DNA from: Octopus sinensis | Taxonomy: Eukaryota | Assembly: GCF_006345805.1 (NCBI RefSeq) | Contig: NC_043015.1 | Span: forward strand, 42,160,001-42,224,000 | Direction of reading: 5' to 3' | DNA length: 64,000 nucleotides | Shown: positions 42,001-54,291 of the stretch, in pieces | How the letters are laid out: every line of letters begins with the position of its first letter | Numbering within the stretch: the stretch's first letter is position 1 | The notes under the pieces: model-generated | Told to the model about the DNA's origin: nothing | The model's database searches: none | What the model saw: the letters and a program-made list of their open reading frames with translations, nothing else | Made by a program: the position numbers and the translations under genes

Positions 42001-45000
42001 ATTTGCATTCTTTTGATAACTTAGCATGGCCAAAGGCATGCAGTATAAAATTTGCATTCTTTTGATAACTTAACATGGCCAAAAGGCATGCAGTATAAAA
42101 TTTGCATTCTTTTGATAACTTAGCATGGCCAAAAGGCATGCAGTATAAAATTTGCATTCTTTTGACAACTTAGCATGGCCAAAAGGCATGCAGTATAAAA
42201 TTTGCATTCTTTTGATAACTTAGCATGGCAAAAGGCATGCAGTATAAAATTTGCATTCTTTTGATAACTTAACATGGCCAAAAGGCATGCAGTATAAAAT
42301 TTGCATTCTTTTGATAACTTAGCATGGCCAAAAGGCATGCAGTATAAAATTTGCATTCTTTTGATAACTTAGCATGGCCAAAAGGCATGCAGTATAAAAT
42401 TTGCATTCTTTTGACAACTTAGCATGGCCAAAAGGCATGCAGTATAAAATTTGCATTCTTTTGACAACTTAGCATGGCCAAAAGGCATGCAGTATAAAAT
42501 TTGCATTCTTTTGATAACTTAGCATGGCCAAAAGGCATGCAGTATAAAATTTGCATTCTTTTGACAACTTAGCATGGCCAAAAGGCATGCAGTATAAAAT
42601 TTGCATTCTTTTGATAACTTAGCATGGCCAAAAGGCATGCAGTATAAAATTTGCATTCTTTTGACAACTTAGCATGGCCAAAAGGCATGCAGTATAAAAT
42701 TTGCATTCTTTTGATAACTTAGCATGGCATGGCCAAAAGGCATGCAGTATAAAATTTGCATTCTTTTGATAACTTAACATGGCCAAAAGGCATGCAGTAT
42801 AAAATTTGCATTCTTTTGATAACTTAGCATGGCCAAAAGGCATGCAGTATAAAATTTGCATTCTTTTGACAACTTAGCATGGCCAAAAGGCATGCAGTAT
42901 AAAATTTGCATTCTTTTGATAACTTAGCATGGCCAAAAGGCATGCAGTATAAAATTTGCATTCTTTTGATAACTTAACATGGCCAAAAGGCATGCAGTAT
43001 AAAATTTGCATCTTTTGATAACTTAGCATGGCCAAAAGGCATGCAGTATAAAATTTGCATTCTTTTGACAACTTAGCATGGCCAAAAGGCATGCAGTATA
43101 AAATTTGCATTCTTTTGATAACTTAACATGGCCAAAAGGCATGCAGTATAAAATTTGCATTCTTTTGATAACTTAGCATGGCCAAAAGGCATGCAGTATA
43201 AAATTTGCATTCTTTTGACAACTTAGCATGGCCAAAAGCATGCAGTATAAAATTTGCATTCTTTTGATAACTTAGCATGGCCAAAAGGCATGCAGTATAA
43301 AATTTGCATTCTTTTGATAACTTAGCATGGCCAAAAGGCATGCAGTATAAAATTTGCATTCTTTTGATAACTTAGCATGGCCAAAAGGCATGCAGTATAA
43401 AATTTGCATTCTTTTGATAACTTAACATGGCCAAAAGGCATGCAGTATAAAATTTGCATTCTTTTGACATCTTAACATGGCCAAAAGGCATGCAGTATAA
43501 AATTTGCATTCTTTTGACAACTTAGCATGGCCAAAAGCATGCAGTATAAAATTTGCATTTTTGATAACTTAGCATGGCCAAAAGGCATGCAGTATAAAAT
43601 TTGCATTCTTTTGATAACTTAACATGGCCAAAAGGCATGCAGTATAAAATTTGCATCTTTTGATAACTTAGCATGGCCAAAAGGCATGCAGTATAAAATT
43701 TGCATTCTTTTGACATCTTAACATGGCCAAAAGGCATGCAGTATATAAATTTGCATTCTTTTGACAACTTAGCATGGCCAAAAGGCATGCAGTATAAAAT
43801 TTGCATTCTTTTGATAACTTAACATGGCCAAAAGGCATGCAGTATAAAATTTGCATTCTTTTGACAACTTAGCATGGCCAAAAGCATGCAGTATAAAATT
43901 TGCATTCTTTTGATAACTTAGCATGGCCAAAAGGCATGCAGTATAAAATTTGCATTCTTTTGATAACTTAACATGGCCAAAAGGCATGCAGTATAAAATT
44001 TGCATTCTTTTGATAACTTAGCATGGCCAAAAGGCATGCAGTATAAAATTTGCATTCTTTTGACAACTTAGCATGGCCAAAAGGCATGCAGTATAAAATT
44101 TGCATTCTTTTGATAACTTAGCATGGCCAAAGGCATGCAGTATAAAATTTGCATTCTTTTGATAACTTAACATGGCCAAAGGCATGCAGTATAAAATTTG
44201 CATTCTTTTGATAATTAGCATGGCCAAAAGGCATGCAGTATAAAATTTGCATTCTTTTGACAACTTAGCATGGCCAAAAGGCATGCAGTATAAAATTTGC
44301 ATTCTTTTGATAACTTAACATGGCCAAAAGGCATGCAGTAAAAATTTGCATTTTTTGATAACTTAGCATGGCCAAAGGCATGCAGTATAAAATTTGCATC
44401 TTTTGATAACTTAGCATGGCCAAAGGCATGCAGTATAAAATTTGCATTCTTTTGATAACTTAACATGGCAAAAGGCATGCAGTATAAATTTGCATTCTTT
44501 TGACATCTTAACATGGCCAAAAGGCATGCAGTATAAAATTTGCATTCTTTTGATAACTTAGCATGGCCAAAAGGCATGCAGTATAAAATTTGCATTCTTT
44601 TGATAACTTAGCATGGCCAAAAGGCATGCAGTATAAAATTTGCATTCTTTTGATAACTTAGCATGGCCAAAGGCATGCAGTATAAAATTTGCATTCTTTT
44701 GATAACTTAACATGGCCAAAAGGCATGCAGTATAAAATTTGCATTCTTTTGACATCTTACATGGCCAAAGGCATGCAGTATAAAATTTGCATTCTTTTGA
44801 CAACTTAGCATGGCCAAAAGGCATGCAGTATAAAATTTGCATTCTTTTGATAACTTAGCATGGCCAAAAGCATGCAGTATAAAATTTGCATTCTTTTGAT
44901 AACTTAACATGGCCAAAGGCATGCAGTATAAAATTTGCATTCTTTTGATAACTTAGCATGGCCAAAAGGCATGCAGTATAAAATTTGCATTCTTTTGACA

Positions 45001-48000
45001 TCTTAACATGGCCAAAAGGCATGCAGTATAAAATTTGCATTCTTTTGACAACTTAGCATGGCCAAAAGGCATGCAGTATAAAATTTGCATTCTTTTGATA
45101 ACTTAACATGGCCAAAAGGCATGCAGTATAAAATTTGCATTCTTTTGACAACTTAGCATGGCCAAAAGGCATGCAGTATAAAATTTGCATTCTTTTGATA
45201 ACTTAGCATGGCCAAAAGGCATGCAGTATAAAATTTGCATTCTTTTGATAACTTAACATGGCCAAAAGGCATGCAGTATAAAATTTGCATTCTTTTGATA
45301 ACTTAGCATGGCCAAAAGGCATGCAGTATAAAATTTGCATTCTTTTGACAACTTAGCATGGCCAAAAGGCATGCAGTATAAAATTTGCATTCTTTTGATA
45401 ACTTAACATGGCCAAAAGGCATGCAGTATAAAATTTGCATTCTTTTGATAACTTAGCATGGCCAAAAGGCATGCAGTATAAAATTTGCATTCTTTTGATA
45501 ACTTAGCATGGCCAAAAGGCATGCAGTATAAAATTTGCATTCTTTTGATAACTTAACATGGCCAAAAGGCATGCAGTATAAAATTTGCATTCTTTTGATA
45601 ACTTAGCATGGCCAAAAGGCATGCAGTATAAAATTTGCATTCTTTTGACATTCTTAACATGGCAAAAGGCATGCAGTATAAAATTTGCATTCTTTTGATA
45701 ACTTAGCATGGCCAAAAGGCATGCAGTATAAAATTTGCATTCTTTTGATAACTTAGCATGGCCAAAAGGCATGCAGTATAAAATTTGCATTCTTTTGATA
45801 ACTTAGCATGGCCAAAAGGCATGCAGTATAAAATTTGCATTCTTTTGATAACTTAACATGGCCAAAAGGCATGCAGTATAAAATTTGCATTCTTTTGACA
45901 TCTTAACATGGCCAAAAGGCATGCAGTATAAAATTTGCATTCTTTTGACAACTTAGCATGGCCAAAAGGCATGCAGTATAAATTTGCATTCTTTTGATAA
46001 CTTAGCATGGCCAAAAGGCATGCAGTATAAAATTTGCATTCTTTTGATAACTTAACATGGCCAAAAGGCATGCAGTATAAAATTTGCATTCTTTTGATAA
46101 CTTAGCATGGCCAAAAGGCATGCAGTATAAAATTTGCATTCTTTTGACATCTTAACATGGCCAAAAGGCATGCAGTATAAAATTTGCATTCTTTTGACAA
46201 CTTAGCATGGCCAAAAGGCATGCAGTATAAAATTTGCATTCTTTTGATAACTTAACATGGCCAAAAGGCATGCAGTATAAAATTTGCATTCTTTTGACAA
46301 CTTAGCATGGCCAAAAGGCATGCAGTATAAAATTTGCATTCTTTTGATAACTTAGCATGGCCAAAAGGCATGCAGTATAAAATTTGCATTCTTTTGATAA
46401 CTTAACATGGCCAAAAGGCATGCAGTATAAAATTTGCATTCTTTTGATAACTTAGCATGGCCAAAAGGCATGCAGTATAAAATTTGCATTCTTTTGACAA
46501 CTTAGCATGGCCAAAAGGCATGCAGTATAAAATTTGCATTCTTTTGATAACTTAACATGGCCAAAAGGCATGCAGTATAAAATTTGCATTCTTTTGATAA
46601 CTTAGCATGGCCAAAAGGCATGCAGTATAAAATTTGCATTCTTTTGATAACTTAGCATGGCCAAAAGGCATGCAGTATAAAATTTGCATTCTTTTGATAA
46701 CTTAACATGGCCAAAAGGCATGCAGTATAAATTTGCATTCTTTTGATAACTTAGCATGGCCAAAAGGCATGCAGTATAAAATTTGCATTCTTTTGACATC
46801 TTAACATGGCCAAAAGGCATGCAGTATAAAATTTGCATTCTTTTGACAACTTAGCATGGCCAAAAGGCATGCAGTATAAAATTGCATTCTTTTGATAACT
46901 TAGCATGGCCAAAAGGCATGCAGTATAAAATTTGCATTCTTTTGATAACTTAACATGGCCAAAAGGCATGCAGTATAAAATTTGCATTCTTTTGATAACT
47001 TAGCATGGCCAAAAGGCATGCAGTATAAAATTTGCATTCTTTTGACAACTTAGCATGGCCAAAAGGCATGCAGTATAAAATTTGCATTCTTTTGATAACT
47101 TAGCATGGCCAAAAGGCATGCAGTATAAAATTTGCATTCTTTTGATAACTTAACATGGCCAAAAGGCATGCAGTATAAAATTTGCATTCTTTTGATAACT
47201 TAGCATGGCCAAAAGGCATGCAGTATAAAATTGCATTCTTTTGACAACTTAGCATGGCCAAAAGGCATGCAGTATAAATTTGCATTCTTTTGACAACTTA
47301 GCATGGCCAAAAGGCATGCAGTATAAAATTTGCATTCTTTTGATAACTTAGCATGGCCAAAAGGCATGCAGTATAAAATTTGCATTCTTTTGATAACTTA
47401 ACATGGCCAAAGGCATGCAGTATAAAATTTGCATTCTTTTGATAACTTAGCATGGCCAAAAGGCATGCAGTATAAAATTTGCATTCTTTTGACAACTTAG
47501 CATGGCCAAAAGGCATGCAGTATAAAATTTGCATTCTTTTGATAACTTAACATGGCCAAAAGGCATGCAGTATAAAATTTGCATTCTTTTGATAACTTAG
47601 CATGGCCAAAAGGCATGCAGTATAAAATTTGCATTCTTTTGATAACTTAGCATGGCCAAAAGGCATGCAGTATAAAATTTGCATTCTTTTGATAACTTAA
47701 CATGGCCAAAAGGCATGCAGTATAAAATTTGCATTCTTTTGACATCTTAACATGGCCAAAAGGCATGCAGTATAAAATTTGCATTCTTTTGATAACTTAG
47801 CATGGCCAAAAGGCATGCAGTATAAAATTTGCATTCTTTTGATAACTTAGCATGGCCAAAAGGCATGCAGTATAAAATTTGCATTCTTTTGATAACTTAG
47901 CATGGCCAAAAGGCATGCAGTATAAAATTTGCATTCTTTTGATAACTTAACATGGCCAAAAGGCATGCAGTATAAAATTTGCATTCTTTTGACATCTTAA

Positions 48001-49512
48001 CATGGCCAAAAGGCATGCAGTATAAAATTTGCATTCTTTTGACAACTTAGCATGGCCAAAAGGCATGCAGTATAAAATTTGCATTCTTTTGATAACTTAG
48101 CATGGCCAAAAGGCATGCAGTATAAAATTTGCATTCTTTTGATAACTTAACATGGCCAAAAGGCATGCAGTATAAAATTTGCATTCTTTTGATAACTTAG
48201 CATGGCCAAAAGGCATGCAGTATAAAATTTGCATTCTTTTGACATCTTAACATGGCCAAAAGGCATGCAGTATAAAATTTGCATTCTTTTGACAACTTAG
48301 CATGGCCAAAAGGCATGCAGTATAAAATTTGCATTCTTTTGATAACTTAACATGGCCAAAAGGCATGCAGTATAAAATTTGCATTCTTTTGACAACTTAG
48401 CATGGCCAAAAGGCATGCAGTATAAAATTTGCATTCTTTTGATAACTTAGCATGGCCAAAAGGCATGCAGTATAAAATTTGCATTCTTTTGATAACTTAA
48501 CATGGCCAAAAGGCATGCAGTATAAAATTTGCATTCTTTTGATAACTTAGCATGGCCAAAAGGCATGCAGTATAAAATTTGCATTCTTTTGACAACTTAG
48601 CATGGCCAAAAGGCATGCAGTATAAAATTTGCATTCTTTTGATAACTTAACATGGCCAAAAGGCATGCAGTATAAAATTTGCATTCTTTTGATAACTTAG
48701 CATGGCCAAAAGGCATGCAGTATAAAATTTGCATTCTTTTGATAACTTAGCATGGCCAAAAGGCATGCAGTATAAAATTTGCATTCTTTTGATAACTTAG
48801 CATGGCCAAAAGGCATGCAGTATAAAATTTGCATTCTTTTGATAACTTAACATGGCCAAAAGGCATGCAGTATAAAATTTGCATTCTTTTGATAACTTAG
48901 CATGGCCAAAAGGCATGCAGTATAAAATTTGCATTCTTTTGACAACTTAGCATGGCCAAAAGGCATGCAGTATAAAATTTGCATTCTTTTGATAACTTAA
49001 CATGGCCAAAAGGCATGCAGTATAAAATTTGCATTCTTTTGATAACTTAGCATGGCCAAAAGGCATGCAGTATAAAATTTGCATTCTTTTGATAACTTAG
49101 CATGGCCAAAAGGCATGCAGTATAAAATTTGCTTTCTCGCTCTTTTTCGTAACATCCCTTCTATAACCATTACTGGGAGGCATGAAGTATAACATTTGCT
49201 TTCTGTTAACTACTTAACAGTATAAAAGCAATATAAAATTTTCCTTTCAGCCATGTTAAGATGTCAACAGAAAGCAAATTTTACACTGCATGCCTTCCAG
49301 CCATGTGAAGTTGTCAAAACAAAAGCAAATTTTGTACTGCATGCCTTTCAGAAATCACTGCTGTTACTCAGTCTGAATGGCATGCAGTATAAAATCTGCT
49401 TTCTGTTGACAACTTAACAGTATAGGGATAGTATAAAATTTGTTTTGCAGCCATGTTAAGTTTATACTACCCCCAAATTTGAGGCCTTGTTTCTCCAGTG
49501 GAAAAGATCATT

Positions 49513-49547
<35 letters not shown>

Positions 49548-52500
49548 TACTACTACTATTTTCTTTACAGATGCTACCTCACCTTTCAACCACTGCATGG
49601 CTGCTCGCCTCAATGAAAATTTAGTGAAAAGAATGTCGCTCCAGGATAAAGATGAAAGTAAGTGTGAAAGAAGGGGTCGGGTAATAAAATTATAATTGTT
49701 GTTGTTGGTGGTGGTGGTGGTATTGCTTTTGAGGAAGAAGAGGAGGAGGAAGAGCTGCTCTGATTTATTTGACCGATGATGAAAGACGTTCTGGCTGTGA
49801 CCTTCCCATCTTCCTATCTTTTTTTTTTTATTCAGGTATAAACTAGAGCCCTCAGTCAAAATCGTCCAACCCATGCTAGCATGGAAAGCAGACGTTAAAC
49901 GATGATGATGATGATGAAACTAGAGCCTATATTACTCAATGTGTTCCTTTTATTTAAAAATAACGACAACAGCTCCTGTCCCATCTATCATAGTTTCTTA
50001 TCCTTCCAGTCTATACCTGCTCAGTTGAGGGATTTTCTCTTGCAAGTATTCGGTGATCAAAATACAAGGTCTGACCAATAAGTATCAGGACTGTTGCCAT
50101 AGTAACGAAGCTAAAGCATGCATATTAAAAGCCGCTTGGCAGAGATTGACCTTGATCTCTGCTATGCATGTGCACTAAGTTTTAACGTCCCAGCCCACTT
50201 CTGCTGTTTACAGCAGTGCTTGGAAGGAACATGTGTAGCATGTGAATGTCGCATTGGCCATGACAGAGAAAGTTGTCATGGCGATACCTGAACAGAGGTC
50301 AACACAAAGTTGCTGATAGTGTATGGAGAGGAGTGTATAAACCACACACATGTGTACGAGTTGTTCAGAAATTTCCAGCATGGCCAAAAAATGTCAATAT
50401 TGATGAACTTTCTGGAAGAACTGCAAACATAGAACTGAGGAAAACATCACAGATGTGTATGCAGCTGTGAGAGGAAATCGTTGAATCACCATCTGTGAGT
50501 TATCAGAGGATGTGCAGATTAGTTACGGTTCAGTTCCGTCCATTATCACAGAAGATTTGGGTATGAGAGGTGTGTCTACCAAGTTTGTGCCAAAACTGCT
50601 TTCAGCTGACCAAAAAGACATTCGGGTTTCAGTTGCCCAAGATCACCTCCATTGTGTCAAGAACAATGAAAACTTTTTGAAAACTTCACGTTGGCCTCTG
50701 AGCAGGTATCGCCAAACTTTTGGCAAAATTTGATGCAGATTCTCTGCTCAACTTTCTCTGTCCTGGTCAATGCGACAATCATACACTACACACTTTCCTT
50801 CCAAGCACTGCTGTAAACACCAGAAGCGAGCTAGAATGTTAAAACTTAGTGGACATGCACAGCAGAGTTCAATGTCAATCTCTGCCAAGCGGCTTTTAAT
50901 ATGCATGCTTTAGCTTCATTACTATGGCAACAGTCCGGATACTTATTGGTCAGATCACGCATAGAATTCGGTCGACTGGATTATGAAGAATTAGGAGTCT
51001 CAAGCACAAATACAGTTGTAGTTTCACTGATATGTGAACTGCTGTTACCTCAGTTGTTCATATCGTACCCTCTCACCTCGGTCACTCCCAATCTACGACT
51101 ACAATTATAGAAACAGGAGTGGCTGTGTGGTAAGTAGCTTTCTTACCAACCACATGGTTGCGGGTTCATTCCCACTGTGTGGGACCTTGGGCAAGTGACT
51201 TCTACTATAGCCATGGCCCGACCAAAGCCTTGTAAGTGGATTTGGTAGATGGAAACTGAAAGAAGCCCATTGTATATATGTATATATATATATGTTTGTG
51301 TGTCTGTGTTTGTCCCTCCAACATCGCTTGACAAGCGATGGGGGTGTGTTTACATCCCCGTAACTTAGCAGTTCAGCAAAAGAGACCGCTAGAATAAGTA
51401 CTAGGCTTATAAAGAATAAGTCTTGGGGTCGATTTGCTCAACTAAAGGTAGTGCTCCAGCATGGCCGCAGTCAAATGACCGAAACAAGTAAAAGAGTAGT
51501 GATAATACTACGACTACTACTACCACCACCACCACAACTACACCTACTACTACTACCACGACTACTTTCATTACTACATTCACACTTTCATTGCTACATG
51601 GTATTTCTATCTTTGTCGTGCAGAAATAGACTTTGAAGTCGTCTTCCTGACCGGTAACACATTCACAGTGAAGCATAATGGTGAGGAATATTCTGTGAGC
51701 GCCAAATTAGAGTCGGAGGGTCCACGGAAGAAACTGGTCTGTTCCGTGAACAACGTTAAGATGTCTTCCTACGTGGTGTTTCAAGACAACAGTGTACACG
51801 TGTTCAGCATGGTAAGTTTTTGTGGGAAAATATCGTTTGGTGGTTTTTTTTTGTTTTTTTTTTTTTTACTCATGTGTTTGTTTTTTGTGTGAGTATAGGC
51901 ATGGATGTGTGGTTAGGAAGGAAGTTTGCTTCCCACCCATGCGGTTGCAGGTTCAGTCCCACCGTGCAGCACTTTGGGGGAAGTGTCTGCTATTATAGCC
52001 CCAGGCTGACCAGAGCCTTGTGAGTGGGTTTGGTAAGTGTAAATTGAAACAAGCCTATCCTCTGTGTGTGTGTGCGTGCGTGCGTGTGCATGTGTGTGTG
52101 TGCGTGTACATGTGTGTGTATGTATGTATGTGTGCGCATGTGTATGACTTCATGGATTTCATAAGCAGAAACTGAAAGAAGCTCATTGTACACACACACA
52201 CAGAGTCTCAAGCACACATGTATTTACAGTCATACATACACATTCAAACACAAACACATATACACACCCCCACACACACACACACACTCAAACACCCCCT
52301 ATGTGCATTCAGTGTCACACATACACACATTCACACACATAAACATGTATATATATATTCATACTCGTATACATACACACATATATTCCTATTCATGTAC
52401 ATACATACTTATATACACACATACAAAACGCATGTTCACACACACACACACACATATTGATTCAACCATTGATTTGTTGCAGGAAGGGAGCCGAGAACTA

Positions 52501-54239
52501 AAGACCCCCCTCCCAAAGTTCCTTGAAAGCACAGCTGGTGCTGGCGCTGGCAAAGTAACTGTGGCCCCTATGCCTGGTGTGATAGAGAAGCTGTATGTAG
52601 AACCAGGAGCCCACGTCAACCAAGGAGACCCTCTTGTTGCAATGATTGCTATGAAGATGGAGGTAAGGTCTTTAATGAGAAATTTATTTTGCATATAGGT
52701 GCAGGAGTGGCTGTGTGGTAAGTAGCTTGCTTTGAAGAAAAAGAGACCCATTTTAGTGAATCGTAAAGGAGTGATATTTCATCAGGACAATGCGCGACCC
52801 CACACTGCAAAGATCACATCACAGAAGATCGAATAGCTTGGTTGTGAAAAAATTCTCATTCACCTCATTCTCCCGACCTTGCTCTTTCACACTACCATTT
52901 GTTTTGTAGTTTACAGAATCATTTGGGGGACGTAACTTTCGCAAGCCAGGAGGAGGTTGAAATTGAAATTTCAGAGTTCTTCGCTTTGAAACCAAAAGAA
53001 TTTTACATTGATGGGATTAAAAAGCTTTTAAATAGATGGAAGGTAATCAGGGAAAGTACATTGATGATTAAATTTCAATTAAATATAACATTTGATCACT
53101 TGTTTTCTTTATTCAAAATTCCGACAGAACTTATGGGATGATCTGATATATCATTAGGTATAAAAATGTTTATGTTATCCTTATTTCATTTACATACAAA
53201 TGCTATGTTTAAAGTTTTATTATTTTTCTGTGGAGGAAATGTTATTCATTGTTATAATGGAGTTCAGGATGTTTGGAATATTAACCCTGTATTTATTTTG
53301 GGATGCTCTGTTTTTCTCTCAATTATTTTAAATATAACAAAGAATTTAGTAAAATAACTTAGTTATCATTAAGCTAGTGTTAGGAACATTAATTGTGACT
53401 AGTTTTGGTGGAAGATTTTAATTCAAAACTTATGAAAAGAAGACATTTGTACTACAGAGCCAGAGCCAGTTTCAGGGTTAAAGGGGTTAGATATAATTTA
53501 CCTTTTATTGGCATTTGAGCTGGCAGAAACATAAGCACTCCAGGTAAAAGGCTAAGTGGTATTTCATCCGTCTTTACAGCCTGAGTTCAAATTCTGCCAA
53601 GGTCGACTTTGCCTTTCATCCTTTTGGGGTTGATAAAATAAGTACCAGTTATGTACTGGGGTTGGTGTAATCAACTTGGCCCCTTCCCTGAAATTGCTTG
53701 CCTTGTGTCAAAATTTGAAACCAGTATTTCTTATATATAAGCATAGTGTGAGTTTTCTCTTTTTGGCTGGGTTATGTGTCTGTGTCTGTGTTTGTGTGTA
53801 TGTGTGTTAGTCGACTTTGCTTGATTGCTGTAAACGAGTGTCACTTTCATACAAGCAGTGTCCTTCATTTCCAATCTCTTGTGAAAACATGTCTAGACAT
53901 GAAGGAATATTACCTTACTTAGAAACAGGTGAGATTTGGCAATAAAGAAGGGCACCTGGTTGTAGAAAATCTGCCTCAACAAATTCCATAGAACTCATGC
54001 AGGCGTGGAAAAACAGGTATTATGTTGATACTCTTTTACTTGTTTCAGTCATTTGACTGTGGCCATGCAGGAGCATCGCCTTTAGTCGAGCAAATCGACC
54101 CCAGGACTTATTCTTTGTAAGCCTAGTACTTATTCTAACGGTCTCTTTTGCCGAACCGCTAAGTGATGAGACGTAAACACACCAGCATCGGTTGTCAAGC
54201 GATGTTGGGGGGACAAACACAGACACACAAACACCCCCC

Positions 54240-54291
<52 letters not shown>

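Noticed and set aside
41574-47534. Many ORFs beginning [19 protein letters not shown]
   Set aside because: They are translations of the 50-bp repeat whose ends depend on single-base indels; there are no splice signals or homology.
40745-49135. CRISPR-like appearance (palindromic repeat plus variable spacer)
   Set aside because: The spacer is only 10 nt with four recurring states, there are no cas genes, and it lies in a eukaryotic intron; it is a satellite.
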